Positions 16,570 through 26,133 of a stretch of DNA of 64,000 nt are shown here, piece after piece. The DNA is from Bacillales bacterium (GTDB lineage Bacteria; Bacillota; Bacilli; Bacillales; DASSOY01): assembly GCA_035700025.1 (NCBI GenBank), contig DASSOY010000012.1, forward strand, positions 47,191 through 111,190, in the 5' to 3' direction. Made by a program: the position numbers and the translations under genes. Under the pieces are notes generated by a model. That model saw nothing but the letters and a program-made list of their open reading frames with translations. It ran no database searches and was not told the origin of the DNA. The first letter of the stretch is position 1. Each line of letters begins with the position of its first letter.

Positions 16570-17871
16570 ATGAATCAGCTGTTGCATTGGATCGATCAGT
16601 ATGGGTATACGGTGTTGTTCCTTGCCCTCTTTCTTGAATTGATCGCTCTACCGATACCGACTGAAATTTTGATGAGCTATGTCGGCTTTCTCGTATACCG
16701 CCAGGAAGCCAGCTTGTTGCTCAGCCTTTTGGCGGCTTCTTCAGGCACGTTTGCCGGCCTTTCCGCCTCTTATTGGATCGGTTTGAAATTAGGGTATCCG
16801 TTTTTCTATCGTTACGGTCGGTTGATTCATGTGGGACATGGACGGCTTGAAAAAATGTCGAGCTTGTTTCGCAGGCACGGTTTGAAATTATTGTTGGTGA
16901 CGAACTTCATCCCAGGCATCCGTCATATGTCAGGTTATTTTTCAGGAATCAGCCGCGTTCCTTATCGGAAGTTCGCATTTACCACGGCTTTCGGATCGCT
17001 CATTTGGACTGCGACTTTTTTGTCTCTCGGGACGATGCTCGGTCCTCGGTATGCCAAGATCGAATCCTATGCTGCAAAATATACCATTTGGATGATCGCA
17101 GCCAGCGCCGTCATTGCAACCGGGCTTTTTTTGCTGAACAAATACCGCATTCCATTAAGAAATGCGGCCGTTCAAGGGTCGCTCGCGATCATTCGTGCCT
17201 ACGGAGGTTCCGAGCGGAACTTAAAGCTTCTCATCACCGTTGCCGCGGCAGCATTCATTGGGTTTTCGTCGCTTTTTATCGGCATCATCCAAGACTTTAT
17301 CGCACAAGATTTCGGAGAATTTAATTTTATCGTCAATTTGATCTTATTTTCCTTTTTCCAGCAAGACTGGTCCGGTATCATGATTGTCTTTTACAATTTG
17401 TCGTCGTGGACATCGCTCTCCTGTCTCGTCTTGTTATGCCTGAGTTGGGTTGTCGTGAAAGGCCGGCAGCGCGCGTTGGAACTTCGCTTCTTGTTTTTGC
17501 TTGTCACTGGAGGCGTTGCCTATGCTTATTTTGTCCGATATTTGCTTCAGCTTTTGTTTCATTGGTTCCGCTGGACGTTTTGGCACATAGCCTTGTTACC
17601 GGATATTCGCTTGATTCTGTCCGCCGTTGTTTACGGCTTTCTCGCGTACATTTTCATGCGCCATCTTCGCACGTATTATTTGCAATTCGCCGTCATTGCC
17701 TTTTCAATCGCCGCTTTGACGGTTATCGGGCTTGCACGCATTTACTTTCAAACGCAACTGCCGAGCGGAGTGGCGTCCGGCTATGTGTTCGGCGGCATGT
17801 GGGTTAGTTTCGTCGTCTTGCTGCTTGAAGTTTTCCGCCTGCTTCATGTCAAGGGTTCTTCTCGTGCGTGA
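16570..17871 (+). CDS. DedA/VTT-domain membrane protein fused to a degenerate PAP2-like C-terminal membrane domain
   Basis: The N-terminus (YGYTVLFLALFLELIALPIPTEILMSYVGFL ... LLLVTNFIPGIRHMSGYFSGI) is DedA-like. The C-terminus GLARIYFQTQLPSGVASGYVFG aligns to the PAP2 motif SRxxxxxHxxxD with S, H and D all replaced. Confidence 0.75.
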   Translation: MNQLLHWIDQYGYTVLFLALFLELIALPIPTEILMSYVGFLVYRQEASLLLSLLAASSGTFAGLSASYWIGLKLGYPFFYRYGRLIHVGHGRLEKMSSLFRRHGLKLLLVTNFIPGIRHMSGYFSGISRVPYRKFAFTTAFGSLIWTATFLSLGTMLGPRYAKIESYAAKYTIWMIAASAVIATGLFLLNKYRIPLRNAAVQGSLAIIRAYGGSERNLKLLITVAAAAFIGFSSLFIGIIQDFIAQDFGEFNFIVNLILFSFFQQDWSGIMIVFYNLSSWTSLSCLVLLCLSWVVVKGRQRALELRFLFLLVTGGVAYAYFVRYLLQLLFHWFRWTFWHIALLPDIRLILSAVVYGFLAYIFMRHLRTYYLQFAVIAFSIAALTVIGLARIYFQTQLPSGVASGYVFGGMWVSFVVLLLEVFRLLHVKGSSRA

Positions 17872-17892
17872 ATGTTAGCGCCCGCCAAGCAG

Positions 17893-18594
17893 CTACATTC
17901 GATCTGAATAGGCATCAAAGAACGGACCGCCGTACGGAGCCAACACATCGTCCACAAACTTGAGAAGTTCAGTTTTTCGTTTTTGTTCATAAAATTGATT
18001 GAGACAGTGCACAAACCTGTTCGCTACGTTTTCATCATAATGTTTCAGTGACCGGTACATCCATTTGCTTTCTCCGATCCATCTCTGTTCGGTTCTCAAG
18101 ATGAACTCGTGCAGTCGCTCGGCGAGAACATTCACCGTAAACAAATCTTCCTCAGGATGCGTCGATCCCTTTAAATCATCGACGACATCGGTTATGAAAT
18201 ATCTTGCCTGCGTGATTTTTTGCTGTGACCATGGAACCGGCCCCTTTTCCAGCAATTCAATCGCTTTTGTTTGAATCGCCGCTGTTTCCGTATCTCGCTT
18301 GACAGGGACTGCTTCCGCAAAAAGGCGGATCAACAGCGGGACGCCGCTTTCGCGTTCCAATTCAAAAAACAAGTCGAGCGAATCGGGAGATTGAACAAAC
18401 ACTTCGATCGGCCATTCGGAATAAACGGCAGAAGTTCGGAAAGGTTGTACGCCGTCTTGCAACACGATGACGTCAAGGTCAGACGTTTCGGTGGCATCGC
18501 CTCTTGTGACACTTCCTCCAAGCAATGCTCCCCTCGCATTAGGAAAGTGTTCGACTACGTAATTCGCGACCGTTTCCAGCGGGTTTGTTTTCAA
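17893..18594 (-). CDS. Nucleotidyltransferase domain protein (KNTase/ANT-like fold)
   Basis: Contains GGSVTRGDATETSDLDVIVL, the pol-beta superfamily G-S...D-x-D motif, plus a helical C-terminal domain. The start is set at the TTG at 18594 (GGAGGG 6 nt upstream). The track start (GTG 18627) has no RBS. Confidence 0.7.
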   Translation of the reverse strand: MKTNPLETVANYVVEHFPNARGALLGGSVTRGDATETSDLDVIVLQDGVQPFRTSAVYSEWPIEVFVQSPDSLDLFFELERESGVPLLIRLFAEAVPVKRDTETAAIQTKAIELLEKGPVPWSQQKITQARYFITDVVDDLKGSTHPEEDLFTVNVLAERLHEFILRTEQRWIGESKWMYRSLKHYDENVANRFVHCLNQFYEQKRKTELLKFVDDVLAPYGGPFFDAYSDRM

Positions 18595-18766
18595 ACGGTT
18601 CCCTCCAATCGGTTTCCCTTTTATCACTCGGTTTCAGTTTATGTGACGGCTTTGCAAAGTTTCAAAAAAACATGCCATGCTCAGAAATCTTGCAATCTCA
18701 GTTTATTCGCCTATACACACGGGGGCGGGACGACATATTGTACCATTAAACAAGAAAAAGGAGGGA

Positions 18767-18868
18767 ATGGCTTTGTCTTACGGAGGATACGGATACGGAC
18801 GCGGATTCGCGTTGATCGTTGTCTTGTTTATTTTGTTGATTATCGTCGGTGCAGCATACGTATGGTAA
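18767..18868 (+). CDS. YjcZ-family small sporulation membrane protein (33 aa)
   Basis: [33 protein letters not shown] has a Gly/Tyr-rich head and the [15 protein letters not shown] tail characteristic of the YjcZ family. AAGGAGGG lies upstream. Confidence 0.75.
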   Translation: MALSYGGYGYGRGFALIVVLFILLIIVGAAYVW

Positions 18869-18872
18869 ATCA

Positions 18873-18900
18873 AAAAGGGGGCTTCTCCCCCTTTTTTTTG
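18873..18900 (+). terminator. Intrinsic terminator after the yjcZ-like gene
   Basis: AAAAAGGGGG cttct CCCCCTTTTTTTT. Confidence 0.85.
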
Positions 18901-18952
18901 CGGAGGAAGTTGGACAAGCTAAGTTCATACGATTGCAAAGGAGCGTTCATTC

Positions 18953-19918
18953 ATGATTGTGAGGCTTGGCTATGTCGCTATGAGTAAAAACTTGCAAAAT
19001 GCTTCCCCCTCGCAGACGATGACGTATTCGCATTTTCAAACGATTCGGGACCGCGAAGCAGCGATTAAAAAGTTGGAACGCATCGCCCGCTCCAACCTGC
19101 ATAACATTCTCAGGATTTTGAAACACAATGCCGCCCATGACATTCGTTTCTTTCGAATGAGTTCTAGAATCGTACCTCTTGCCAGGCACGAGGCGTTAAA
19201 GGATTGGAACCCTTTGGTCGCAATCCAGCAACCGTTGGAAGAGATCGGAACATTCGCGAAAGACCACCACATGAGAATCGATTTTCATCCGGAACATTTT
19301 GTCCTGTTTAGTTCAAAGAAAAAAGACGTGTTGCAACGATCAATCCAATCGTTACGGTTTCACCATGATCTCTTGTCCGGGATGAACGTCAACCCCGTTC
19401 ATCGAAGCGTGATCCATGTCGGGGGCAGCTACGGGGACAAAGAACGAGCGCTTGAACGATGGGTCCATAACTGGATGTACGTCCCGAGCCGGTTGCAGCA
19501 GACAGTCATGCTTGAAAACGACGATACGACTTTCCATGTCGAAGACGTGTTGTATTTATGCGAAAAGCTTAATCTGCCATGTGTGTTTGATTTGCACCAC
19601 CATTCGGCCAATCCGCCCCAATCGTCAACCTTTGAAGCCATATGGGAAAGAATTGCTGGAACGTGGAAACATTCACCGCTTCCGTTAAAAATGCATGTAT
19701 CGAGTCCGAAAAGCCAAGTTCGCTTTCGCGATCATGCCGACTTCATTGAAGCCGCCCCTTTCATGGATTTTTTGCGGAAAGTGAAAGGAAGCGTTTCGCA
19801 AATCGATTGCATGCTGGAAGCAAAAGCAAAGGACAATGCATTATTTCGCCTTATGGAAGACGTTCGGAGGTTTCCAGATGTGACACCCATCGACGGGGCA
19901 AGTTTTGAACTGCGATAA
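18953..19918 (+). CDS. uvsE: UV damage endonuclease UvsE/UVDE
   Basis: MIVRLGYVAMSKNLQNASPSQTMTYSHF...FRMSSRIVPL...ENDD...FDLHHH match conserved UvsE blocks. Confidence 0.9.
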   Translation: MIVRLGYVAMSKNLQNASPSQTMTYSHFQTIRDREAAIKKLERIARSNLHNILRILKHNAAHDIRFFRMSSRIVPLARHEALKDWNPLVAIQQPLEEIGTFAKDHHMRIDFHPEHFVLFSSKKKDVLQRSIQSLRFHHDLLSGMNVNPVHRSVIHVGGSYGDKERALERWVHNWMYVPSRLQQTVMLENDDTTFHVEDVLYLCEKLNLPCVFDLHHHSANPPQSSTFEAIWERIAGTWKHSPLPLKMHVSSPKSQVRFRDHADFIEAAPFMDFLRKVKGSVSQIDCMLEAKAKDNALFRLMEDVRRFPDVTPIDGASFELR

Positions 19919-19978
19919 GTTGAAACCGTCCCCATGCTGCAGGATAATGAAAGTAAACGGTAATAAGGAGGAACAGAA

Positions 19979-20353
19979 ATGGGATGGTTAAGCGGATGGA
20001 CGGGAAATGCAGGAGAAGCCGACATTCCGGCAGTTGAATGCGAACTTGAACCGGTACTAATGGAAAATGAACGGGTGGAACAAGCGTATCAGCTCGTTCG
20101 CGATTTGATTGTATTTACTCGAAGACGCATGATTCTCGTCGACAAACAAGGAATGACCGGTAAGAAAACGGATTATCATTCCATTCCTTACCGCTCGATT
20201 TCACATTTCAGCATAGAAACGGCGGGACGATTCGATTTTGACGCCGAATTGAAAATTTGGTTGTCGCACGCACACGAGCCGATCATCAAACAATTCAAGA
20301 AGGACAAAAACGTCTATGAAATTCAAAAAACGTTGGCCGAATATACGACGTAA
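19979..20353 (+). CDS. Bacterial PH-domain protein (YjqA-like)
   Basis: The ...ERVEQAYQLVRDLIVFTRRRMILVDKQGMTGKKTDYHSIPYRSISHFSIETAG pattern fits the bPH/DUF1696 family. A strong RBS (AAGGAGG) is present. Confidence 0.75.
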   Translation: MGWLSGWTGNAGEADIPAVECELEPVLMENERVEQAYQLVRDLIVFTRRRMILVDKQGMTGKKTDYHSIPYRSISHFSIETAGRFDFDAELKIWLSHAHEPIIKQFKKDKNVYEIQKTLAEYTT

Positions 20354-20372
20354 CACGAACAACCGACGGTGT

Positions 20373-21014
20373 TTAAAAAGTGTCGTCGGACGTTTTCTCT
20401 CCTCGGTATACGTGTAAATCTTTCATCACCTTCGAGCTGTACGTGTAGTCGCCATAGCAATACGGGTAGCGGAAATTGTTCCGATTCCCTCCGCAATCAT
20501 ACAGCTCCGGATGACGATGCACTTGCAGCAATGAAAATTGCTTCGCCAGCGATTCGCTGTGTTTACCTCCATGTTCAGCGACATAATGGATGTATCCGGG
20601 TCCCATGTTGTACGCTTGAATGATCGTGGCAAAGTCTACGTGTTTTCTTTTTCCATACGCAAGTACGTGCCGAAAATGTTTAACGCCTTGGACAATGCTG
20701 CGCTTCGGATCATCAATGGCATTTGCCGGCAACCCTGCCGATTCCGAGGCTTGCATTGGATCTCCGCCGGTGCCGCCGCTTTCCTGTTCCATGACGGCCA
20801 TCAAAACGGGTGTATAGTTTTCTAAACCGTATTTGGCTAAATTTTTCTTAATCAGCGGACGGTATTGTTTTACTTGATCCGAAAAGCCCTTGTAGTGAAA
20901 CAAGAGATGGTGGGATCGGTTCGTTACGATTCCTCCGGTGATGAGGACGACAAACAATACAGCCATCCAAATTCTAAGCTTCGTCCTTTTTGCAGCGTCT
21001 GTTTTTGGTACCAT
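20373..21014 (-). CDS. Membrane-anchored lysozyme-like / lytic transglycosylase family protein
   Basis: An N-terminal TM segment is followed by the AVMEQESGGTGGDPMQASES catalytic motif of the lysozyme-like family. Confidence 0.75.
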   Translation of the reverse strand: MVPKTDAAKRTKLRIWMAVLFVVLITGGIVTNRSHHLLFHYKGFSDQVKQYRPLIKKNLAKYGLENYTPVLMAVMEQESGGTGGDPMQASESAGLPANAIDDPKRSIVQGVKHFRHVLAYGKRKHVDFATIIQAYNMGPGYIHYVAEHGGKHSESLAKQFSLLQVHRHPELYDCGGNRNNFRYPYCYGDYTYSSKVMKDLHVYRGEKTSDDTF

Positions 21015-21270
21015 CGACTCTCTCCGTTTCGTTCATACTCTCACAACCATTATAAGCATTACACATGCAATGCGGCCATTTTCTTGATACGAGCGGCTGA
21101 GAATGGCTAGTTAAGGCGGACGAAAAATTGTTGTCCTCACAGAAAATAAAAATCGTTTTCTCATACGGTCCATTGCAATCGTCAAGGCGTGAATAAATGC
21201 CCGTTTGCATTAATAAAATGGGTACCAGCCTTGCGCTCGGATTAAGAAGGCGGAATTGAGGGGACTTATC

Positions 21271-21942
21271 ATGGACATTCAAGCGGATTCGCTGCTCTCG
21301 CTCGTATCGATCATTATGATCGATATTATTCTTGGCGGCGATAATGCCGTGGTGATTGCCCTTGCTTGCCGGAAATTGCCGGAGAAGCAACGCATACGGG
21401 CGATCTTTTTCGGTACGTTTTTGGCTATTGTTTTGCGTGCGATGTTGACCGTGGTCGTCGCCTACTTATTAAAAATTCCGTTTTTGACGTTAACGGCCGG
21501 CCTTTTGCTAGTATTCATCGCATTTCAACTGCTCATTGAGGATCGTGAAAGTCCGAACGTTAAAGCAGGCGGGACGCTTGCTGCCGCGATTCGAACGATC
21601 GTTGCCGCAGACTTGGTAATGGGTCTCGACAATATCGTCGGAATCGCAGGTGCTGCAGGCGGGAATTACGCACTCATAATCATCGGGTTTTTATTTTCTG
21701 TACCGATCATTGTATGGGGCAGCCGAATCCTCTTGTCCCTGCTTGAATCTTTTCCCTCGCTCATCTATATTGGCGGCGGCATTCTAGTCTTTACCGCCGC
21801 CCGCATGATCACCGATACACCGCAATTTCGCTTTTGGTCGTCCGGCAGCCCCCATTGGACGTATACCTTTTGGTGTACGCTGCCGCTATTTGTGCTCCTC
21901 GTCAGCTGGTGCATCAACCATGTTTCATTCATGAGAAAATAA
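21271..21942 (+). CDS. TerC family integral membrane protein (YjbE-like)
   Basis: Contains duplicated DNAVV/DNIVG motifs (IILGGDNAVVIALA and VMGLDNIVGIAGA). The start is the ATG at 21271 with GAGGGG 7 nt upstream. Confidence 0.9.
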   Translation: MDIQADSLLSLVSIIMIDIILGGDNAVVIALACRKLPEKQRIRAIFFGTFLAIVLRAMLTVVVAYLLKIPFLTLTAGLLLVFIAFQLLIEDRESPNVKAGGTLAAAIRTIVAADLVMGLDNIVGIAGAAGGNYALIIIGFLFSVPIIVWGSRILLSLLESFPSLIYIGGGILVFTAARMITDTPQFRFWSSGSPHWTYTFWCTLPLFVLLVSWCINHVSFMRK

Positions 21943-22001
21943 CTTTATGTTTTCGACCTTGTAAAACTTCAACAAGTAAGGGGTTTTCACGATTGGAATC
22001 G

Positions 22002-22229
22002 TTACGACGAGGACGGCGATGAACGGCCTGAGAAGACCCGTATACGCCTAGCCAAGCAAAAGTTGTTTTGTTGTGGACGTATTCTCTCTTTATCATAGTT
22101 TTCCATTCTCATGGTCAGGAAGCCAACGAGCAACCAAATCAGGTGCAGTTGGTAATGCGGGCTGATCCCTGATCCAACTTGTTTGTCAACGACTTTTCCT
22201 TTTAAAATCCCATAGTTGTCCATCGGCAT
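22002..22229 (-). pseudogene. Probable 5' remnant of a DUF2278 (YukJ-like) gene
   Basis: A strong RBS (AGGAGG, 6 nt) precedes MPMDNYGILKGKVVDKQVGSGISPHYQLHL, which matches the DUF2278 N-terminus as I recall it. After ~30 aa the sequence becomes unrelated, and it stops at 75 aa (full length ~220 aa). Confidence 0.4.
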
Positions 22230-22368
22230 GGTCAGCCTCCTCTTATCTTTCACTTTAAGGAAACGTGCCGATAAAGACAATCATCTGGAAGAACGGTTTT
22301 TATTCTTGCCTCCGTCTGCAAAAGGCGGTATAGTGTTGACGAGCTTTGAACGCAACGGAGGGATAGGG

Positions 22369-23607
22369 ATGGAAAAGGCACAGACGGTCGATCGCACGAG
22401 GGTAAGACAATTTTTGTTAAAAAAACAACAGCTGTTCACGAACCCAAATACTGAACATTCCGGCAAGGAGGCTGCCCTGCGCATGGTCGAGCATTTGGAA
22501 TGCGTACAACTCGACCCTGTATCCGTCGTCGAACGCAATCAGCATCTCGTGCTTGCTGCACGGGTTCCCGGATACCGTCCGAAGTACTTGGCACAACATT
22601 TGAGCGAAGGAAAGCTGTTTGAATTTTGGGCGAACGCCGCCTGTGCGATTCCGATGCGGGATTATCCGATTTTCAAAGCGATTCGGATGCGCCGACTGAA
22701 TCATATCCAACCTCATTTGGAAGCGTTGCGGGCCGTTCAAGAAATGATTCTCGATCGTTTGCGCAAAGAAGGTCCTCTTCCTTCCCGTGCGTTCGATTCC
22801 GAAACAAAGGTTCACGGTTACTGGGACAACGAGAAAGCAACGACGAAAGCCACTTCCCATGCGCTCAATTTGCTCATGGATGCCGGAATCATACGCGTCG
22901 TTCAGCGCGAAGGCGTCGAGCGTTATTATCATTTAACGGAAAGTTCCATTCCGCTGCCCCTGTTGGAAGCGGATCAGAAGATGGAGATGGAGACTTCGAA
23001 AACAGCGCTCGTCAACAAATACATGCGTGCTTATACGATTTTCGATCCGCGCGATGCGCGATTTGGGTGGATTAACGCTCCTGCCGCCGAAAGACGCGCG
23101 GAAATCGAACACAGAGTAGACGCCGGAACCGTCGTACCGATCGAGATTCCGAATGTTCGCCGTCGTTATTACATGACGAGCGAGGATTTTGAAGCGCTTC
23201 AAGCTGTTGAGCCGATAGCTCAGGAAGAATTGGAACAAGAACCGGTCCGCTTTTTGGCGCCGCTCGACAATTTGTTGTGGAGCCGCGACAGGCTAGTCGA
23301 TCTGTTTGATTTCCATTACCGATGGGAAATCTACGTACCGAAGGCGAAACGGAAGTTCGGACCGTACGCGATGCCAATCCTCTATGGGGATCGGTTGATC
23401 GGCCGCATGAATCCGAGTCTTGACCGCAAAAACAAGGGACTTTGCGTTGAATTGCTTCAATTGGAACCGTCTGTGAAAATGACGCAAGCGCTGGCAGAAA
23501 AGCTGAAAAAAGCTTTGCATGATTTTTCGATGTTCCACGGGGCTGAGAACGTAACGATCGCCAAAATCGAGCCTGCATCGCTGCTGAGAACGTTGAGTGC
23601 CATTTGA
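22369..23607 (+). CDS. YcaQ/AlkZ-like winged-helix protein (putative crosslink-repair DNA glycosylase family)
   Basis: Contains LECVQLDPVSVVERNQHLVLAARV, FEFWANAACAIPMRDYPIF and ...PYAMPILYGDRLIGRM, typical of the family. The start is the ATG at 22369 (GGAGGG 6 nt upstream). Confidence 0.8.
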   Translation: MEKAQTVDRTRVRQFLLKKQQLFTNPNTEHSGKEAALRMVEHLECVQLDPVSVVERNQHLVLAARVPGYRPKYLAQHLSEGKLFEFWANAACAIPMRDYPIFKAIRMRRLNHIQPHLEALRAVQEMILDRLRKEGPLPSRAFDSETKVHGYWDNEKATTKATSHALNLLMDAGIIRVVQREGVERYYHLTESSIPLPLLEADQKMEMETSKTALVNKYMRAYTIFDPRDARFGWINAPAAERRAEIEHRVDAGTVVPIEIPNVRRRYYMTSEDFEALQAVEPIAQEELEQEPVRFLAPLDNLLWSRDRLVDLFDFHYRWEIYVPKAKRKFGPYAMPILYGDRLIGRMNPSLDRKNKGLCVELLQLEPSVKMTQALAEKLKKALHDFSMFHGAENVTIAKIEPASLLRTLSAI

Positions 23608-23657
23608 GGCACGATAAGGCGGCCGCGGTTGATTTCCGCAGCCGCTTTGATGTCAAA

Positions 23658-24410
23658 TCAGCGAGGGTGATGAATCAAAACAAATTTTTCGATCGCCGTC
23701 GCGACACCGTCGTTTTCGTTCGTTTCCGTTATGTGATCGGCCGCTTTTTTTACCGCTTCCTGGGCATTGCCCATCGCAACGCCGATCCCCGCGGATTTGA
23801 TCATTTGCAAGTCGTTCAAGCTGTCCCCAATGGCCAGGACTTGACGCATGGGCAGCTGCAAGAGTTCACATACGTGCCGCAAGCCAAAAGCTTTATGAAC
23901 CCTTTTCGGGTTCACTTCAATGTTCGTCGGTGACGAATTACTGATCTCGAACGCATCCCATTTTTTTAACGTTTGCAAGATCTTAGCTCGGTCGATAGCA
24001 TTCTCGATGTCGAAACCGAATTTAAACCATTCGACAGAGTCGATGTCCTCGATAAAGTCGTGGTTACGAAAGCCTCCGATTGTCGAATGCCCCCAATACC
24101 TTGCCTCGTATTGATTGGCTAATTCACGCATGCGTTCGACCCATTTCGCATCCAGCGTATAGCATTTCCAAGTTTCAGTCATATTTCTCCACAAAACACT
24201 TCCGTTAATCGAAATGAATGGTCCTTCCAAATGAAGTTGTTCAGCATAAGGTTTTATCTCATGCATGTTTCTTCCTGTGGCCAACGTTACGAAGATGCCG
24301 GCCGCTTGCGCCGAACGGATCGCTTTTTTGTTCGCTTCGGAAATCTTACCGTCGTTAGTCAACAGCGTACCGTCCATATCAAGCGCAATCATACGGATTG
24401 TTTCGCTCAT
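23658..24410 (-). CDS. Cof-type HAD-IIB family hydrolase
   Basis: Contains IALDMDGTLL, ATGR and GDSLNDLQM motifs. Confidence 0.9.
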   Translation of the reverse strand: MSETIRMIALDMDGTLLTNDGKISEANKKAIRSAQAAGIFVTLATGRNMHEIKPYAEQLHLEGPFISINGSVLWRNMTETWKCYTLDAKWVERMRELANQYEARYWGHSTIGGFRNHDFIEDIDSVEWFKFGFDIENAIDRAKILQTLKKWDAFEISNSSPTNIEVNPKRVHKAFGLRHVCELLQLPMRQVLAIGDSLNDLQMIKSAGIGVAMGNAQEAVKKAADHITETNENDGVATAIEKFVLIHHPR

Positions 24411-24537
24411 GTGATTTTCCTCCGGAATACAGGCATATGTTTATCGTCATAGTCTTCGAGCATTATCGGCCGTTTCACGGTTCATTCATGAAACTTCTTG
24501 CTCCACCTCTTAAAACACTTCAGCCGGTCTGCGCTCT

Positions 24538-25440
24538 CTATTTTATCCGCGCCAAAATGCGGTCCAAATACTGTTCGATTCTCTCCGCGATCAACGCGTC
24601 CGTCAAATGCTTCATGCCAAACACCGGCCAACCTTCGTACACGCTCGGCGCCGCTTCAGCTGCACCGATATCGAACAAACCGGCCAAATCCCAGTAAGGG
24701 TCATGTTTGTAATCTCTCCCGGCATGCGCCAAATAACGGTCAAGAAAATGATCGGCTGTTTCGCTTCCATATAGTTGAGCAAGATTGACTCGACAATGCG
24801 CCACGTCCACTCCGGCCGGCCCACGGCACGCATTCACCCAATCGACCACGCCGCTCACGTTCCCGTTTGTCCATAACACGTTGCACGGATGATAATCACG
24901 GTGTATAAAACACAATCGCGTTTGTTTCGGTTTCTGTTGTACATATTTCGCTGCTCTATTCCATGCTTCTGTCCGGTTCGTCCATGCAGGCACCGAAACC
25001 GATCCCATGTCTTGATACGTAAAATGTTCCCATTGAAAGTCATCGGCCGTCAAGCGATGAATGTCGGCAAGGGTTTTCGCGAGTTCATCCAACCAACGTT
25101 CAAAATCTGCTGGCTGCAGTTCAACTTTTCCATCGACTACGCTCATAATAACGGCAGGAAGGCCGCATGCTTTTCCGTTTCGGTCTACCCCAATAACTTC
25201 CGGAGTTGCCACAGACAATTTTTCGGCCTGTTTCAAGCTTTCCGCCTCATGCTCCGCCAAGTCAGGTTCTTTTTCTAGCCACGCTTCGTTGTCGTACAAA
25301 CGCAGAACAGCCTCCGCGTCGGTCAATTCCATTTTATAAAGGCGAGAAGAAGTAGCTCCCGTCAACGGTTCATACGCGGTGATGCTGCTATTTAACACTT
25401 CTTCGGCCCATCGGATCACTTGAACGTCCAATGCTTTCAT
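24538..25440 (-). CDS. Phosphotransferase (APH/choline-kinase-like) family protein
   Basis: Contains the Brenner motif and the catalytic loop plus DxD: FIHRDYHPCNVLW...VSGVVDWVNACRGPAGVDVAH. Confidence 0.85.
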   Translation of the reverse strand: MKALDVQVIRWAEEVLNSSITAYEPLTGATSSRLYKMELTDAEAVLRLYDNEAWLEKEPDLAEHEAESLKQAEKLSVATPEVIGVDRNGKACGLPAVIMSVVDGKVELQPADFERWLDELAKTLADIHRLTADDFQWEHFTYQDMGSVSVPAWTNRTEAWNRAAKYVQQKPKQTRLCFIHRDYHPCNVLWTNGNVSGVVDWVNACRGPAGVDVAHCRVNLAQLYGSETADHFLDRYLAHAGRDYKHDPYWDLAGLFDIGAAEAAPSVYEGWPVFGMKHLTDALIAERIEQYLDRILARIK

Positions 25441-25562
25441 TCGATCTCTCCTTTATTTATTCCCGATCGATGAGAATGGGTTTGCTGCTGAGCGTAATCA
25501 TTTACGGATGGTGTGTGGATCGATACAATAAAGAACGAATTGAAGAAAAAGGAGACACGCCA

Positions 25563-26111
25563 ATGACAATCACGGCTGTATTGGGCAGTTCACGAAGTCC
25601 GGCAAATTCGGAACGGCTCGTCGATTACATATTGAAAAATGTCGAAGCAGAGAAAATCGATTTGAAACAATATTCGATCATGCCGATCGAAGACCGGCGG
25701 CATCGGGAAGGCGGATTCGTTCCCGTTGACGACGACTACGAGGAGATTCTCTCCCATATGTTGCAAAGCGATGTAATGATTTTTGCCACGCCTCTTTATT
25801 GGTATGGGATGTCCGGTTATATGAAAACGTTCTTTGACCGTTGGTCGCAATACATGCGAGACGAGCGGTTCCGTTTTAAAGAACGTATGAAAGGCAAACA
25901 GGCCTATGTTATCGTCACCGGTGGTGATTCACCTGTCTTTAAAGCGCTGCCGCTCATTCAGCAATTCCGCTTGATCTTTGAGTTTGTCGACGTTGAGTTC
26001 GTTGATTACATCATTGGGACGGCCGGAAAACCGGGCGAAATTGAAACCGACAAAGCGGCGATCGCAAAAGCGAAAGCTTGGAACAAAATGTTTCTAGCGG
26101 ATGAAAAGTAA
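25563..26111 (+). CDS. NAD(P)H-dependent FMN reductase / flavodoxin-like fold oxidoreductase
   Basis: Contains MTITAVLGSSRSPANSERL and IFATPLYWYGMSGYMKTFFDRW. The start is the ATG at 25563 (AAAGGAG 8 nt upstream). Confidence 0.8.
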   Translation: MTITAVLGSSRSPANSERLVDYILKNVEAEKIDLKQYSIMPIEDRRHREGGFVPVDDDYEEILSHMLQSDVMIFATPLYWYGMSGYMKTFFDRWSQYMRDERFRFKERMKGKQAYVIVTGGDSPVFKALPLIQQFRLIFEFVDVEFVDYIIGTAGKPGEIETDKAAIAKAKAWNKMFLADEK

Positions 26112-26133
26112 CCGGGGCGCTATCAGCCTCGGT

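Noticed and set aside
21015-21270. Possible yybP-ykoY (Mn2+) riboswitch upstream of the TerC-family gene
   Set aside because: TerC-family genes are a classic context for this riboswitch. However, I could not find the conserved GGGGAGUAG-type core or a matching terminator/antiterminator arrangement in the 256-bp leader. A cmscan would be decisive.
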